Source: Atractiella rhizophila
Taxonomy: Eukaryota
DNA: 35,930 nucleotides
Direction of reading: 5' to 3'
Assembly: GCA_021432655.1 (NCBI GenBank)
Contig: MU271646.1
Location: forward strand, 1-35,930
Shown: positions 11,540 to 23,386 of the stretch, in pieces
How the letters are laid out: every line of letters begins with the position of its first letter
Position numbering within the stretch: position 1 is the stretch's first letter
Notes under the pieces: generated by a model
Databases searched by the model: none
What the model was told of the DNA's origin: nothing
What the model saw: only the letters and a program-made list of their open reading frames with translations
Translations under genes and position numbers: made by a program

Positions 11540-12798
11540 TCAAGCTTCCGTATCATGATCTCCCTTACCGAAGACCTTGTCATAACCAGTGAGGGTGAAC
11601 CGATATTTGACTTTGTTGTTTCTCACGCGTTCGACGGCTTCCTTGCATCCCGCCTCCGAAATGTCGATCTCCTCTACCCATGACTTGACGTTCTGTTTCG
11701 CGGCTAACTCGAGCATCTCAAGACATTCTTTCTTGGACCCGATGTGGGTGACTGAGAGACCGGCACCGTTGTCTGAGTGCAATCGCAATGATGAGCGGCA
11801 GTTTGAAGAAAAATAGAAGACTTACTCATCATATCGAAAGGTTTGATGGTGAAAGGTTCTTCAGGAAGACCTACATTGATCATCTTCCCATTTGGTTTAT
11901 TGAGGACAAGATAATTAGGCAGGTCGACCCCAAAGTTAGCCGCACAAAGCACGACGTCGAACTCGAACTTGTAATCCTCGTTCCACCCCGGCTTATCGGT
12001 GAGAATGAAACCTTTAGCACCCATCTTCAACGCGTCGTCCTTCTTATGCGGGCTGTGGCTGACGACCCAAGTCTCGGCGCCTAAAGCGACAGAGAACAGG
12101 ACAGCGAAGTGTCCCAGTCCCCCCATTCCAATGATGGCAACCTTTGAACCAGGTCCCACACCCGCGGCTTTGAGCGGAGAGTAGGTGGTCAGACCACCGC
12201 AGAGCATGGGGCCGGCAATCGAAGAGGGAAGCTCGGGAGGGATGGGGAACGTGAATTGTTCGTGGGCGCGGACATGAGAAGAGTATCCACCTTGGGTGAT
12301 TCCACCATCGGGGTGCTCGTCCCCGTATGTGTCCTTGCGATGTGGACAATAATTCTCAAAATCGTCTAACCACGCCGTTTACCATGTCAGATGACGTTTA
12401 CGGGAACAAGGAGGCAACAACGTACTCTTGCAGAGCTTGCACTTCCCGCAAGCCCAGATCTGCGCACCTACTCCTACTCGATCACCAACTTTCACGCTTG
12501 TCACTTTATCTCCGACACGAATAGCCTTCCCGATGATCTCGTGTCCGACGGCAAGAGGGTAAGGGGTCGAACCCCAACCAGCTAACATCCAGAATTGGTC
12601 AGTCTTGTTTAGTTCAACATCCGAAGGGAGCGTACCGGTAAGAGTGTGAACATCAGATCCACAGACTCCACAGCACTCGATCTTGATATCGATATCATAT
12701 TCTGTGAACTTTTTCGGTGTCCAAGATTCCTTGTGGAATTCAGACCAGGTGTCGGAACTGTGGACGCGGTATCCAGTGAAGGTCTCAGGGTATCCCAT
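11540..12798 (-). CDS. Zn-dependent NADP(H) alcohol dehydrogenase, cinnamyl-ADH/ADH6-7 type (MDR family), copy 1
   Basis: CGVCGSDVHT, GHEIIG, CGKCKLC...ENYC (structural Zn), TQGGYS, PMLCGGLTTYSPL, GMGGLGH, YRFTL. Four exons with GT-AG introns, the first at 12582-12635. Confidence 0.95.
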
Positions 12799-13376
12799 TG
12801 CTGCCTCAACAGGTCAGCGATCACTTTATCAACTCTGGAAGTATCGTGTCTCACTTGTCTGTTGCAACAGCAGCAGACGCGAATGTTAGCAAAGCACATG
12901 CACAACAACTAAGAGATGTGAACGAACTAATTTCTCTGGCGATGCTCAGCGATTCGTGTCCTAAAGTGCAGGTATTCGTGCACTGAGAAGCTGATTTCCA
13001 CGCAGATGGACGTAGAAGAGGGGATGAAAAACGGGGAGCGAAGATTTAACCATCCTCAAATCCGGCACGCGGTCCGATGCTGCCGCACCAGATCATGCTC
13101 CCACCTCTCGTGTGGCATGGATCTCTTCCAGACCAGCTTTTCACACCATAATCCTTCAAATTTAAGTGCGGGAAGGTGTGAAGAGTCGGCTTATAAGGTG
13201 CGCCGTTGGAACCATACAATCCAGGTACCGGAGGGGTAAGGGTAACCGCAACACCATATGAACAGGTTCAGCCAGACAACAAATTAGTAATGTAAGGGTC
13301 CTATTAACTTTTGTCTATGCACTCCTTCACGTCCAAACTCCCATCTTCTCCACAGTCTGCCGTCCACAATCGCCAT

Positions 13377-13686
13377 CTAAAACACCCTTGCCTCTTTGGT
13401 ATCCTCTCCATCTTGTTTCACCTCCACCCTCCCCTTGCCGTCCTTTTCCACCACCAGTTCAATCACCACATTCCCAGCTTGAAGACGCTTCTTCACTTCC
13501 GTCGCTTGCGGTTTCTCTTCCGTCCCGTTCGTGGTCGCTGGTGTAGAAGCACCAGAGGCCGCGGCACCTTTCTTCTTCTTCTTCTTACTCGACGAAGAAG
13601 CTGCTGCCGCAGCTTGTGTGGGAGGAGCCAGGGTCTCTACAATCGTTTTGAACTTCTTCACGGGGAGGAGGATGTCGGCGAGATTA
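13377..13686 (-). pseudogene. Orphan 3' fragment of SSZ1 created by the tandem duplication
   Basis: Matches 16797-17106 (...KKFKTIVETL...KEARVF*) and is cut at the junction at 13686. Confidence 0.9.
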
Positions 13687-14668
13687 AAATGGATTGCTTG
13701 GTTCGTTGGAACGTTGGCAATCTGTAGTACTGCTCTTCAGATCTTGGCATTCACCACGAGCAAAGCATTACCTTTGTAAATTTTCAAGATTTGTCCGAGG
13801 AGGCGTTGACAGGGTCAATAGACTGCCGGGGTTGAGAGGGTGCATCTCTACAAGAGGAGATAAGAAGTGATCGATTCCTTTCTTCTATGCGACTTCAACC
13901 GAGTTGATGCTTCTTTAAGCGACCTCTGGGTTTATTGGTTTGCGCCTCAACTGAAGTCTGCATCAGATCGATGATAACTAGCATAGGCTCTCAATTCTTC
14001 TCTATGATACGATTGCCACGATATTCATGCTTATGTGCGTCACATGGATATCCCCTGCAGTTCGATTAGTTACTGAACTCAATGAGAGACCTCTCGCGGC
14101 TCACTGGGGAAACGCACCTCGTACGCGCCTCCTCTCGGTCTTTGTGCGTGACGGCGTCCGATACTTTATTACTGTATTCATCTGCAACTTGGTCAACGTG
14201 ATTTATTTCTCGTCCATTCTCATCGTTTAGATTTTCACTCTGACCTGACACAGACCTGTGAACAGCATCCCCGGAGAACTCAACCCAGCTTTGGACGGAC
14301 CGCTTTCTCTCATAATCACGACGATTATGGCCTCTCGTATTGTTGTCCATCTTCGATCTATTGATCCTGCTGCAGACTCGCGGGAGCGAGACGGCAGTGA
14401 TTCCAATGGACACAACAATGTAGTTACAAAGGTTGCAGGACCGGACACGGAACACTGGGCAGAAGAGGGATTGTCCGGAGGTTTGGAGGTCAGTTATGCT
14501 GGTGTGATGGTCACTATTGAAAATGTGATAACCGTGGAAAAGAAGGTGGTAGTTGGTCCATCACTACTCTTGCGCTTCATTCCTGATGGAACGACTAGAT
14601 TTAACATGACCCAAGACGACACAAGTTCTAAGCCTCCAGTGTTGGCAAACACAATATTTGAAAACTGA
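13686..14668 (+). pseudogene. 5'-truncated DUF6533-family gene fragment (second duplication unit)
   Basis: Begins mid-exon at KWIAWF with no promoter or start codon. Closely matches 10275-11247 with scattered substitutions and a short indel near 14520. Confidence 0.85.
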
Positions 14669-14959
14669 GTGGATTCTTTAAAGTTCGTGTTTTCCCTTAG
14701 AGATATTATATTATTCGTTTCCTCTCTAATAGTCTTTACAACTTCGCTTAGGCCTAGCAGACGTGTGCAAACGATCCTTCATGCTCCAACCTGAGTGTCA
14801 TAAAATATTGATTTCATTCATCGATGTTTGAGTCAGTTTAAATCATTTCGATCCTCATTAGTTTTGATACATGGAAGGATTGCCAGACCGGACCAGAGAC
14901 AGAGACCAGAACCAGAACCAGAGCCAACCTCAAACTTCCTCACACATCAACGCCAAATT

Positions 14960-16218
14960 TCAAGCTTCCGTATCATGATCTCCCTTACCGAAGACCTTGT
15001 CATAACCAGTGAGGGTGAACCGATATTTGACTTTGTTGTTTCTCACGCGTTCGACGGCTTCCTTGCATCCCGCCTCCGAAATGTCGATCTCCTCTACCCA
15101 TGACTTGACGTTCTGTTTCGCGGCTAACTCGAGCATCTCAAGACATTCTTTCTTGGACCCGATGTGGGTGACTGAGAGACCGGCACCGTTGTCTGAGTGC
15201 AATCGCAATGATGAGCGGCAGTTTGAAGAAAAATAGAAGACTTACTCATCATATCGAAAGGTTTGATGGTGAAAGGTTCTTCAGGAAGACCTACATTGAT
15301 CATCTTCCCATTTGGTTTATTGAGGACAAGATAATTAGGCAGGTCGACCCCAAAGTTAGCCGCACAAAGCACGACGTCGAACTCGAACTTGTAATCCTCG
15401 TTCCACCCCGGCTTATCGGTGAGAATGAAACCTTTAGCACCCATCTTCAACGCGTCGTCCTTCTTATGCGGGCTGTGGCTGACGACCCAAGTCTCGGCGC
15501 CTAAAGCGACAGAGAACAGGACAGCGAAGTGTCCCAGTCCCCCCATTCCAATGATGGCAACCTTTGAACCAGGTCCCACACCCGCGGCTTTGAGCGGAGA
15601 GTAGGTGGTCAGACCACCGCAGAGCATGGGGCCGGCAATCGAAGAGGGAAGCTCGGGAGGGATGGGGAACGTGAATTGTTCGTGGGCGCGGACATGAGAA
15701 GAGTATCCACCTTGGGTGATTCCACCATCGGGGTGCTCGTCCCCGTATGTGTCCTTGCGATGTGGACAATAATTCTCAAAATCGTCTAACCACGCCGTTT
15801 ACCATGTCAGATGACGTTTACGGGAACAAGGAGGCAACAACGTACTCTTGCAGAGCTTGCACTTCCCGCAAGCCCAGATCTGCGCACCTACTCCTACTCG
15901 ATCACCAACTTTCACGCTTGTCACTTTATCTCCGACACGAATAGCCTTCCCGATGATCTCGTGTCCGACGGCAAGAGGGTAAGGGGTCGAACCCCAACCA
16001 GCTAACATCCAGAATTGGTCAGTCTTGTTTAGTTCAACATCCGAAGGGAGCGTACCGGTAAGAGTGTGAACATCAGATCCACAGACTCCACAGCACTCGA
16101 TCTTGATATCGATATCATATTCTGTGAACTTTTTCGGTGTCCAAGATTCCTTGTGGAATTCAGACCAGGTGTCGGAACTGTGGACGCGGTATCCAGTGAA
16201 GGTCTCAGGGTATCCCAT
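14960..16218 (-). CDS. Zn-dependent NADP(H) alcohol dehydrogenase, cinnamyl-ADH/ADH6-7 type, copy 2
   Basis: Identical by eye to 11540-12798, including introns and upstream region. Confidence 0.95.
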
Positions 16219-16796
16219 TGCTGCCTCAACAGGTCAGCGATCACTTTATCAACTCTGGAAGTATCGTGTCTCACTTGTCTGTTGCAACAGCAGCAGACGC
16301 GAATGTTAGCAAAGCACATGCACAACAACTAAGAGATGTGAACGAACTAATTTCTCTGGCGATGCTCAGCGATTCGTGTCCTAAAGTGCAGGTATTCGTG
16401 CACTGAGAAGCTGATTTCCACGCAGATGGACGTAGAAGAGGGGATGAAAAACGGGGAGCGAAGATTTAACCATCCTCAAATCCGGCACGCGGTCCGATGC
16501 TGCCGCACCAGATCATGCTCCCACCTCTCGTGTGGCATGGATCTCTTCCAGACCAGCTTTTCACACCATAATCCTTCAAATTTAAGTGCGGGAAGGTGTG
16601 AAGAGTCGGCTTATAAGGTGCGCCGTTGGAACCATACAATCCAGGTACCGGAGGGGTAAGGGTAACCGCAACACCATATGAACAGGTTCAGCCAGACAAC
16701 AAATTAGTAATGTAAGGGTCCTATTAACTTTTGTCTATGCACTCCTTCACGTCCAAACTCCCATCTTCTCCACAGTCTGCCGTCCACAATCGCCAT

Positions 16797-19134
16797 CTAA
16801 AACACCCTTGCCTCTTTGGTATCCTCTCCATCTTGTTTCACCTCCACCCTCCCCTTGCCGTCCTTTTCCACCACCAGTTCAATCACCACATTCCCAGCTT
16901 GAAGACGCTTCTTCACTTCCGTCGCTTGCGGTTTCTCTTCCGTCCCGTTCGTGGTCGCTGGTGTAGAAGCACCAGAGGCCGCGGCACCTTTCTTCTTCTT
17001 CTTCTTACTCGACGAAGAAGCTGCTGCCGCAGCTTGTGTGGGAGGAGCCAGGGTCTCTACAATCGTTTTGAACTTCTTCACGGGGAGGAGGATGTCGGCG
17101 AGATTAGTCCTCTTCTCCACCTTCTTGATCCTCTCTTCCTCCTCTTCGTCTTCACTCAAATCTTCCTCGTCCTCCTCGTCCTTCTTGTCCCCATTCGGAA
17201 CCTTTGGTTCGGGTTTTTTGATCTCCAGTACCCACTCTCCCTCCCAAATTTCAATCCGGACCTTCCCATCTTCTGAATCGCCTTCTACACCTCCCTTGGA
17301 AGGAAGAGGGATAGCAACTCTCCGACGAGCAGGTAACGGCGTTCCTTCATCAGCAAGAGTCACGAACTCTTCCCCAAACACCAATCCAATAGGCTTCGAT
17401 AGTGTAGGCACTTCTCTCACTTCCTCAGTCGCGGGATTGGGAGTAGTCGCGCCGGAAGCAGAAGGGGAAGAGGAAGACACGATGTCGCGTGCTAACAGGG
17501 CCGCTCCTTTTGCGAGGACTTCGGAGGGGTCGATCTCATTTCGAACTTTGAGGTCGGGGAAGAAAGAGTGCATCCGGAGCGCAAAGGAGGGCAGGGAAGC
17601 AGTCCCGCCGACGAGTATTAACTGTTTCCACCGCTTTAGCAAGGAACATCAGGGACGAGTATATCACGTACGTCATCCAAAGTTTGCTTCTCACCCAGCC
17701 AGCTGTTGATCTTATCCACCACTCCATCCCACCAAGAACCAGTGATCAACTCCCACCGTCCCTTATTAATCGATCCATGATAATCATTCCCCTCCTTCAA
17801 GCTTTCAATGTTACAATTAGCCGACTGTGCTCCAGCGGCACCAGAAGCCGATGAAATGACAGAGAGAGACTTTTTGGTCTCTTCACATGCTAGCACAAGC
17901 TTGGTCCATGGTCTGAGATCTGCGGAACCCATTTCAGGTCTTGATTCGGGAAGCGCGATTTTGGTCTTCTTCGTAAATTCTTTTCGGAAATGGGTGGAGA
18001 GAATAGAGGTCAGATGGTCGCCACCGAGTGTCTTCACGTCCTGTTTTTCGTCGTCGAGGTTCGGGATGGAATAGTATTGTTTCGGGATATAAAGTCCGTC
18101 TCGAGCTTGGACGAGGGAGAGCGACATCGACCTCCCGCCGATATCAACTATGAGGACATTCCTATCCTTTTTCACTTCCCTCTTCGAAGCCTTATCGAAC
18201 TCTTCATAAGCCTTCAAGACAGCATCCGTCTCCTTGACCACTTCCACCTTCTCAGCCCCTTCCACAACGGCCTTCAACACACTCTTCACCTCTTCCGTCC
18301 AGTCATCTTTAGCAGTCAAAACCACGGTTTTAGGTTCGCTACCGAGGACAGCGGTCGCGTTCGAAATCAGATATTTAACGTACAAACTGGCGAGGTTCTG
18401 CGGCGTAGGAACCGGTGGTTCAGGTATGGGAGAGGGAGAAGGGGCAGCGGGTTGAGGAGTTTGAGAACGTGAAGGATTGGCAGATGCGGCACGGGAGATC
18501 GCTGGCGTTTTGAGTGGAGTAGGAGGCACGGAGGGCTCGAGAGATGGAGATGGAGGTGCTGGAGGCGGGATAGTGTATATTCCCGAGGACACATCGAAGG
18601 GAGCCGAAGTATATAAGGAGGTATCTCTGTTTTTTAATTCGTGAACCCAAATCAAAGTAAGAAAGAGGAGAAGACGAACAGTTTTTGCGAGCTGGGTTTC
18701 AGCAGAGTGTTCCGGAAAGAGACAATGGTATGATCAGGATTTCGTATCAGCTGATGCTTCGCATCCTTCCCAAAGTACTATAATCCAGAATGAACACCAC
18801 AAGAACTTAGGACCTCTGTTTCTTTCACAGAAGATAAAACGCACCGTCTGTCCATTGGCGAAACTAATCGCAGTTCCTATCTGTCGATCTCCGTCTTCAT
18901 TCGCTATGCAATCAGGCAGACCTTCCTACATTGAAACGCATAAGAGCCAACTCTTTTTACTGCTCTCCAAATGGAAGCAGATTGTACCTTGTTGATCACT
19001 GCGACGCTCGAGTAGGAGTTTCCAAAATTTATTCCTACCACAGATCGTTCAGGTAGGATTTCGTTGTAGTTGGGTGGTGGAGACGTAGCCCGTGACGAGG
19101 CTGGAAAGGGAGAAGGAACAGCAGAGGGTGCCAT
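16797..19134 (-). CDS. SSZ1: Atypical Hsp70 of the ribosome-associated complex (Ssz1-like)
   Basis: VVGINFGNSYSSVA, CIANEDGDRQI, HQLIRNPDHTI..FRN, LIVDIGG, TLGGD, FTKKTK, CNIESLKEGNDY, LVGGT, DPSEVLAKGAA. No lid or EEVD tail, as expected for Ssz1. Five exons joined by GT-AG introns. Confidence 0.85.
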
Positions 19135-19685
19135 AGCTCAAGCTGCGATGTTGGTTCACAATTTTTTTCAGGATCTCGTTTCACTATGGTTCAGCCCGAT
19201 CGTACCACGGCAGTGTAGTGTCTTGGGCCATGATGTTATTCTTTCAAGATTTGAGAGAAATTGTGAGAATGGTTTATTGCGAGTCTCAAATTTTCGTAAA
19301 AATCAGCGTAAAATAGAAACATTCGATAAGCCAATAGCGCTCAGAATGAAAATGTCAGGGAGAGCGCGAGTCATTCGAAAAGAAAATGAAGCTGAGTTCA
19401 CAAGGTTTATGAAATTATGCAGAGTAAACATCATTCCGGACGGACTGAATTCAGGGTGATATAAGCATTATATGAGTGTAGCAAATTGCATTTAACAGGA
19501 TGGAATACGATGCAAACACAGATGCCTCGAAATAATATACTACCCAACAAAAACTTGAACAAAGAACATTGGCTGTTCCTTTCCAACAACATTACACTCT
19601 CTTGACCCTCCGCCCCGGAGACTAGTGCAGTCTTATCAGGATCCTCGATTCAACACAAAATCCAGACTGATTGGTGGGCCACTCT

Positions 19686-21247
19686 TTAGTCTGTCAAAGA
19701 ATACTCATCGTGACCGTCAACATCTCCCGAAGGTTTAAGCCTAAGCCTCAGTCAGAATCATCATGGGATATTGAGCAAGAACGCACCCTTTTTCCAAACT
19801 TGCGGCTGTTTCAATCTTGACTTCATAATTAACTGGAAGCTCTCCCTCCATTCTTCTCCCCAAGTTTTGAAGACGTACTTCCGACTCCCCTCGAGGAGCA
19901 GGCTGATTTTGCGCTCCGACCTTTGGAATCACATTTTGTCGTCGCTGGGAACCGCTGCCGCCCGAAGAGCCTCCATCGCGCGAGTTTGCGGCAGGACCGA
20001 CGGCCCGTAGATGGAGAACAATGCGAGACGCCATTATGGTGGTAAATATAAGAGGGAGCGGCGCGTTGAGGAGCGGGTTGACCACGTTAGGGATGCTGTT
20101 TTATTTCGGGTTGACATCAAGTAAGAAGGTATGAAATCTCCGCTAGACAGAAGAGACGAACCTGAAGTAAATCGCGTTCATTAGGTTGCAGATAAATACC
20201 ACAGCAAAATAAATAGCTCCATCAGCCGCAAAGATAGTGAGAAGACGGGTGCGAGGTGTTTTGCGCCAGTGAGAAATGAGCGACCTGTGAGAATTTTAGC
20301 AAAATAAACCCGCCGTTACATGGGGAGTGTCACGCACGCGAAGACGAATATCGTGGCTGCGGTGTCGTAGAGGAGAGGTGGGAGCCTGTATTTCCATTAT
20401 CACTAGGTCCAAGTTTTGGCGAGGACATACCAATAAATCCATATGTACTTGTGACTTTAAACCACCTCAGCTTTGTTGATTTCAGATTGAAGCAGCAACT
20501 CACTTTCGAACCTGATCTCCAAGATCTGGGATGCACCCTCTCAAACCGGGAGGTCTATTCAACGACCACTCAACTTCTCCCTTCCCCGAAGGATGAAAAC
20601 GTACAAAGGCAATGCGCGATTCGGAATGAGAGACCAGATTTGAACCACGAAACCGCAGATCGCAAATACTCCAAAGAACCAAGCAATCCACTTCCGTCGC
20701 TTATAGTTACACAGTACACAAACTCTTGCGCCAAGAAGGAACTCGCAGCTCACTGTATCGTATACATTAGCTGATATCCTTGAGAATATAAATGGAAGAC
20801 AGCGAACAAAGGAGGATGCTGCCGGCAATCGGATTGAGAATGTGAATCCTATCGCATGTCTTGGTGTCGATTTTGAGCCAGAAGAGACACATGGTGAAGA
20901 TGACGTCCAGCAGACCCCAGTATCTTCATGCTTGGCTTGATCCTTCAGCTCGTGGAGCAAATGGGAGGCGTACCGGTTGATAAGGAAGGCGATCCGCACT
21001 GGCGTCCAGCGCTCAGCGCGCCAGATCGTTCGGTACTCGTCTGCGAAAGTCAGGACGAAATCCCAACCATAGACCGCCACACAAGCTGCTCTCCAACTCA
21101 GCAAAAGTTCATAGAGAAAAGCGAAAGGAGGAACGAACCAGTGAGATACGTGCGACTAGCTGAGAGAACTTCCTCCACAGCTGCCCGCTGGAGAGCCAGA
21201 TCTAGCTGTTCTTCCACTGAAAGGCTTGGAGAAGGCGACGAGGACAT
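19686..21247 (-). CDS. DUF6533-family 7-TM membrane protein, apparently intact
   Basis: ATG 21247 MSSSPSPSLSVEEQLDLALQR; ACVAVYGWDFVLTFADEYRTIWRAERWTPVRIAFLINR|YWGLL; CEFLLGARV; ADGAIYF; IMASRIVLHLR; last exon LKPSGDVDGHDEYSLTD with TAA at 19686-19688. Intron positions match the paralogs. Confidence 0.82.
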
Positions 21248-21295
21248 GGTGCCTGAGAAATTGCGATCAAAGTAGGTGCTTACAGTGAGCACTCA

Positions 21296-21301
21296 TTTAT
21301 A
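21296..21301 (-). promoter_or_regulatory. Putative TATA box of the DUF6533 gene at 21247
   Basis: TATAAA on the minus strand about 50 nt upstream of the ATG. Confidence 0.45.
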
Positions 21302-22384
21302 CCGCTGTTGAAGAGCAGCTGCCTCTGCAGCCACTTTCGGGTTGTGCATTCAACAGCCATCGGCCGTAAGGTCGAACGCCCCACTTATTGAGCCTGGGCA
21401 TTCCAATCGACGCGACTGAGCACAGTGAATAGCAAGAAGCGGAACTCTTTCAGTCCATGTTCAGACTAGCTTCCGCAGATCTCAGACTTCTGTTTGGACA
21501 CCGCGAGGATTCTTGGATCCCAGATGACGGCAGACTTTCACTGGATTCTTTCTGCTACGTTCAGAGGACAGAACAGAGTGCGGGAGAAATGTTTTGACCT
21601 TGCTGTGAGCAACGATCGTCCAGTTCAATTCACCTGGTCCCTTTCCACCACATTCACAGGCATTTGCATGGCAGACATAGTATTCAGGCCGAAGAATGTT
21701 CATCAGAACCGCCATTTTCATGCAACCGGTCATGATCGGAAACATGGAGATGAGCGATTTCCTGCCTGACGTTTGTTTGCTTCGTAGGATGAATGAAAGT
21801 GGAACCGAAGAAAATCAGGCTTTTCACGAATTCCACTGTGATTGGGCGACCTCCGTAAATATTGGTCGTAACGGGTGGAATCATGGGAGAAGTTGCTCAT
21901 TTGAAGCAGAGCTCTAGTTGCTGGTCCAGGGAGAGGGGATAAGAAGCAGGTGAAAGTCGGGTGTATCAACATAATGATGCGCACAGACTTTTCGGGACCT
22001 TGAACTTTGCAGCAGCGCTGGTATTCAGCGATAGAACATAGTTTCGCACAAAGTAAAGAGAAAATATGCCACGAGAACAAGCAAGTTTTGATGCCAGAGG
22101 GACATGGCTATGGTATGAGAAGTGGAATATCATGACTGCCTCACCAGAGGTAACGATGTCCCCAAAGGTCCCTTTGAGCTTTATCCTGGTACAAAAGGGC
22201 AGTAAGAAGTACCCCAGCCACAAACTAGCATAATGCAAATCCAATCCAAAGTCGTCAATAAACATGAATGCTTGAAAACAATCCTCCTTCACTATTTCTC
22301 ACTACGCCCCTCAGGTAACATTCAAAAGCCCCTTGGCTCCGACCTCTCGATATCCAACTACTTCCCCAACATTTACAAGCCAGA

Positions 22385-23386
22385 ATGTCTCATCCCCCTT
22401 CCAACTCCCACCCTGACCCTCGCCCAGCACCAACGACCTATCCACCGCCTGCGTCTGCCTTCCGCCAGCCATCCACCCCGCAACATCCACAGCAGCCTCA
22501 ACACTACGCCAAAGCCAGTCAACACCCTACGCCCAACAGGCAAGACCACAGACGCCTGCCACTAACTCCAACTACTCCCAAGGACAGGCGAGACCGCACA
22601 CTCCGTCCGGCTCAGGGTACGGCGGCGGAGGACAGTCTCAATACTCGCAACCGCAACCTCAGCATCTCCAACAACAGCGGTTCCAGCAACAGCAACAGCA
22701 ACAGCATGCATCTCCGTCCTACAACAGCACACCCCGTCCTTCCTATCCGTCGCATCAACAAGGCTCCTTCTCCCGCCTGCGCAACAACAGGCTCCACCAC
22801 GTCTCGCTCTCCCCGGCCAGGCGGGACAGATGAGGCAAGGGGCGAGACAGCCTATCGGTACGCATGGTACGCAGGGTCAGGCTTCTACTAGTGCGGTCGG
22901 AGCGGGAACGGGTGCGGGAAGGGGGAAGCAGGGACGGAAGAACTTGTTTGCGCGTGATCGTGAGTTCTTCCTTCTTCCTTCTTGCTTCGTTCGACCGTGG
23001 ATCTTAAGCGAGAGGTGTAGTGTATTCTATGATGTATGGGTTTGGAGACGATGAGAAACCGGCACATGATAGCGTGCTTTTGATGGAGGATTGGTGGTAA
23101 CGCACCTCTTGAACGTTGTGAGTTTATCCATCCCGCGTCCTGACTAAAACAAACGCGTTCACCATCTCCAAAGCTGGAAGCAGCCAAATTGACGTCACCT
23201 ACTCCAAAGCGCCTACGCGTAGAAGACATAAAGCGGGTATACCGACACGACAAGAAGAAGCTGGATCGGATAGAGGAGTTGTTGTGGATGAGGAAGGAGA
23301 TAGAGCGCGCGAGGAGGGTGGACGACTTTAAGGAGTTTGTGGAGGAGGAAAAGGAGAAGGAGAGGGAACAGCGGAGGAGAGCTTAA
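22385..23386 (+). CDS. TAF13: TFIID subunit 13 (histone-fold) with Q/P-rich N-terminal extension. Frame broken by three apparent 1-nt deletions (sequence error or pseudogene)
   Basis: RKNLFARD|LYSMMYGFGDDEKPAHDSVLLMED(L)VVTHLLNV|LEAAK...RLRVEDIKRVYRHDKKKLDRIEELLWMRKEIERAR matches the TAF13 signature (MMYGFGD; VED...RxDxxKxxRxxELL). Introns 22960-23020 and 23118-23173. Shifts at about 22525, 22772 and 23091. Confidence 0.85.

Larger units (their letters stand above)
10275..17106. repeat. Direct tandem segmental duplication, unit ~3.42 kb (10275-13686 and 13686-17106)
   Basis: ORF translations repeat at offset 3420 (e.g. 12379..12798 vs 15799..16218). Junction AGATTA|AAATGG at 13681-13692 fuses SSZ1 sequence (cf. 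17101 AGATTAGTCC) to DUF6533 sequence (cf. 10275 AAAATGG) with 1-nt microhomology. Confidence 0.97.

Noticed and set aside
16731..17709. Long plus-strand ORFs (181 and 252 aa), also 17990..18472
   Set aside because: Antisense shadows of SSZ1 low-complexity coding sequence.
21400..22300. Several 60-116 aa ORFs between DUF6533 and TAF13
   Set aside because: No recognisable motif or consistent exon chain. Probably divergent-promoter intergenic DNA.
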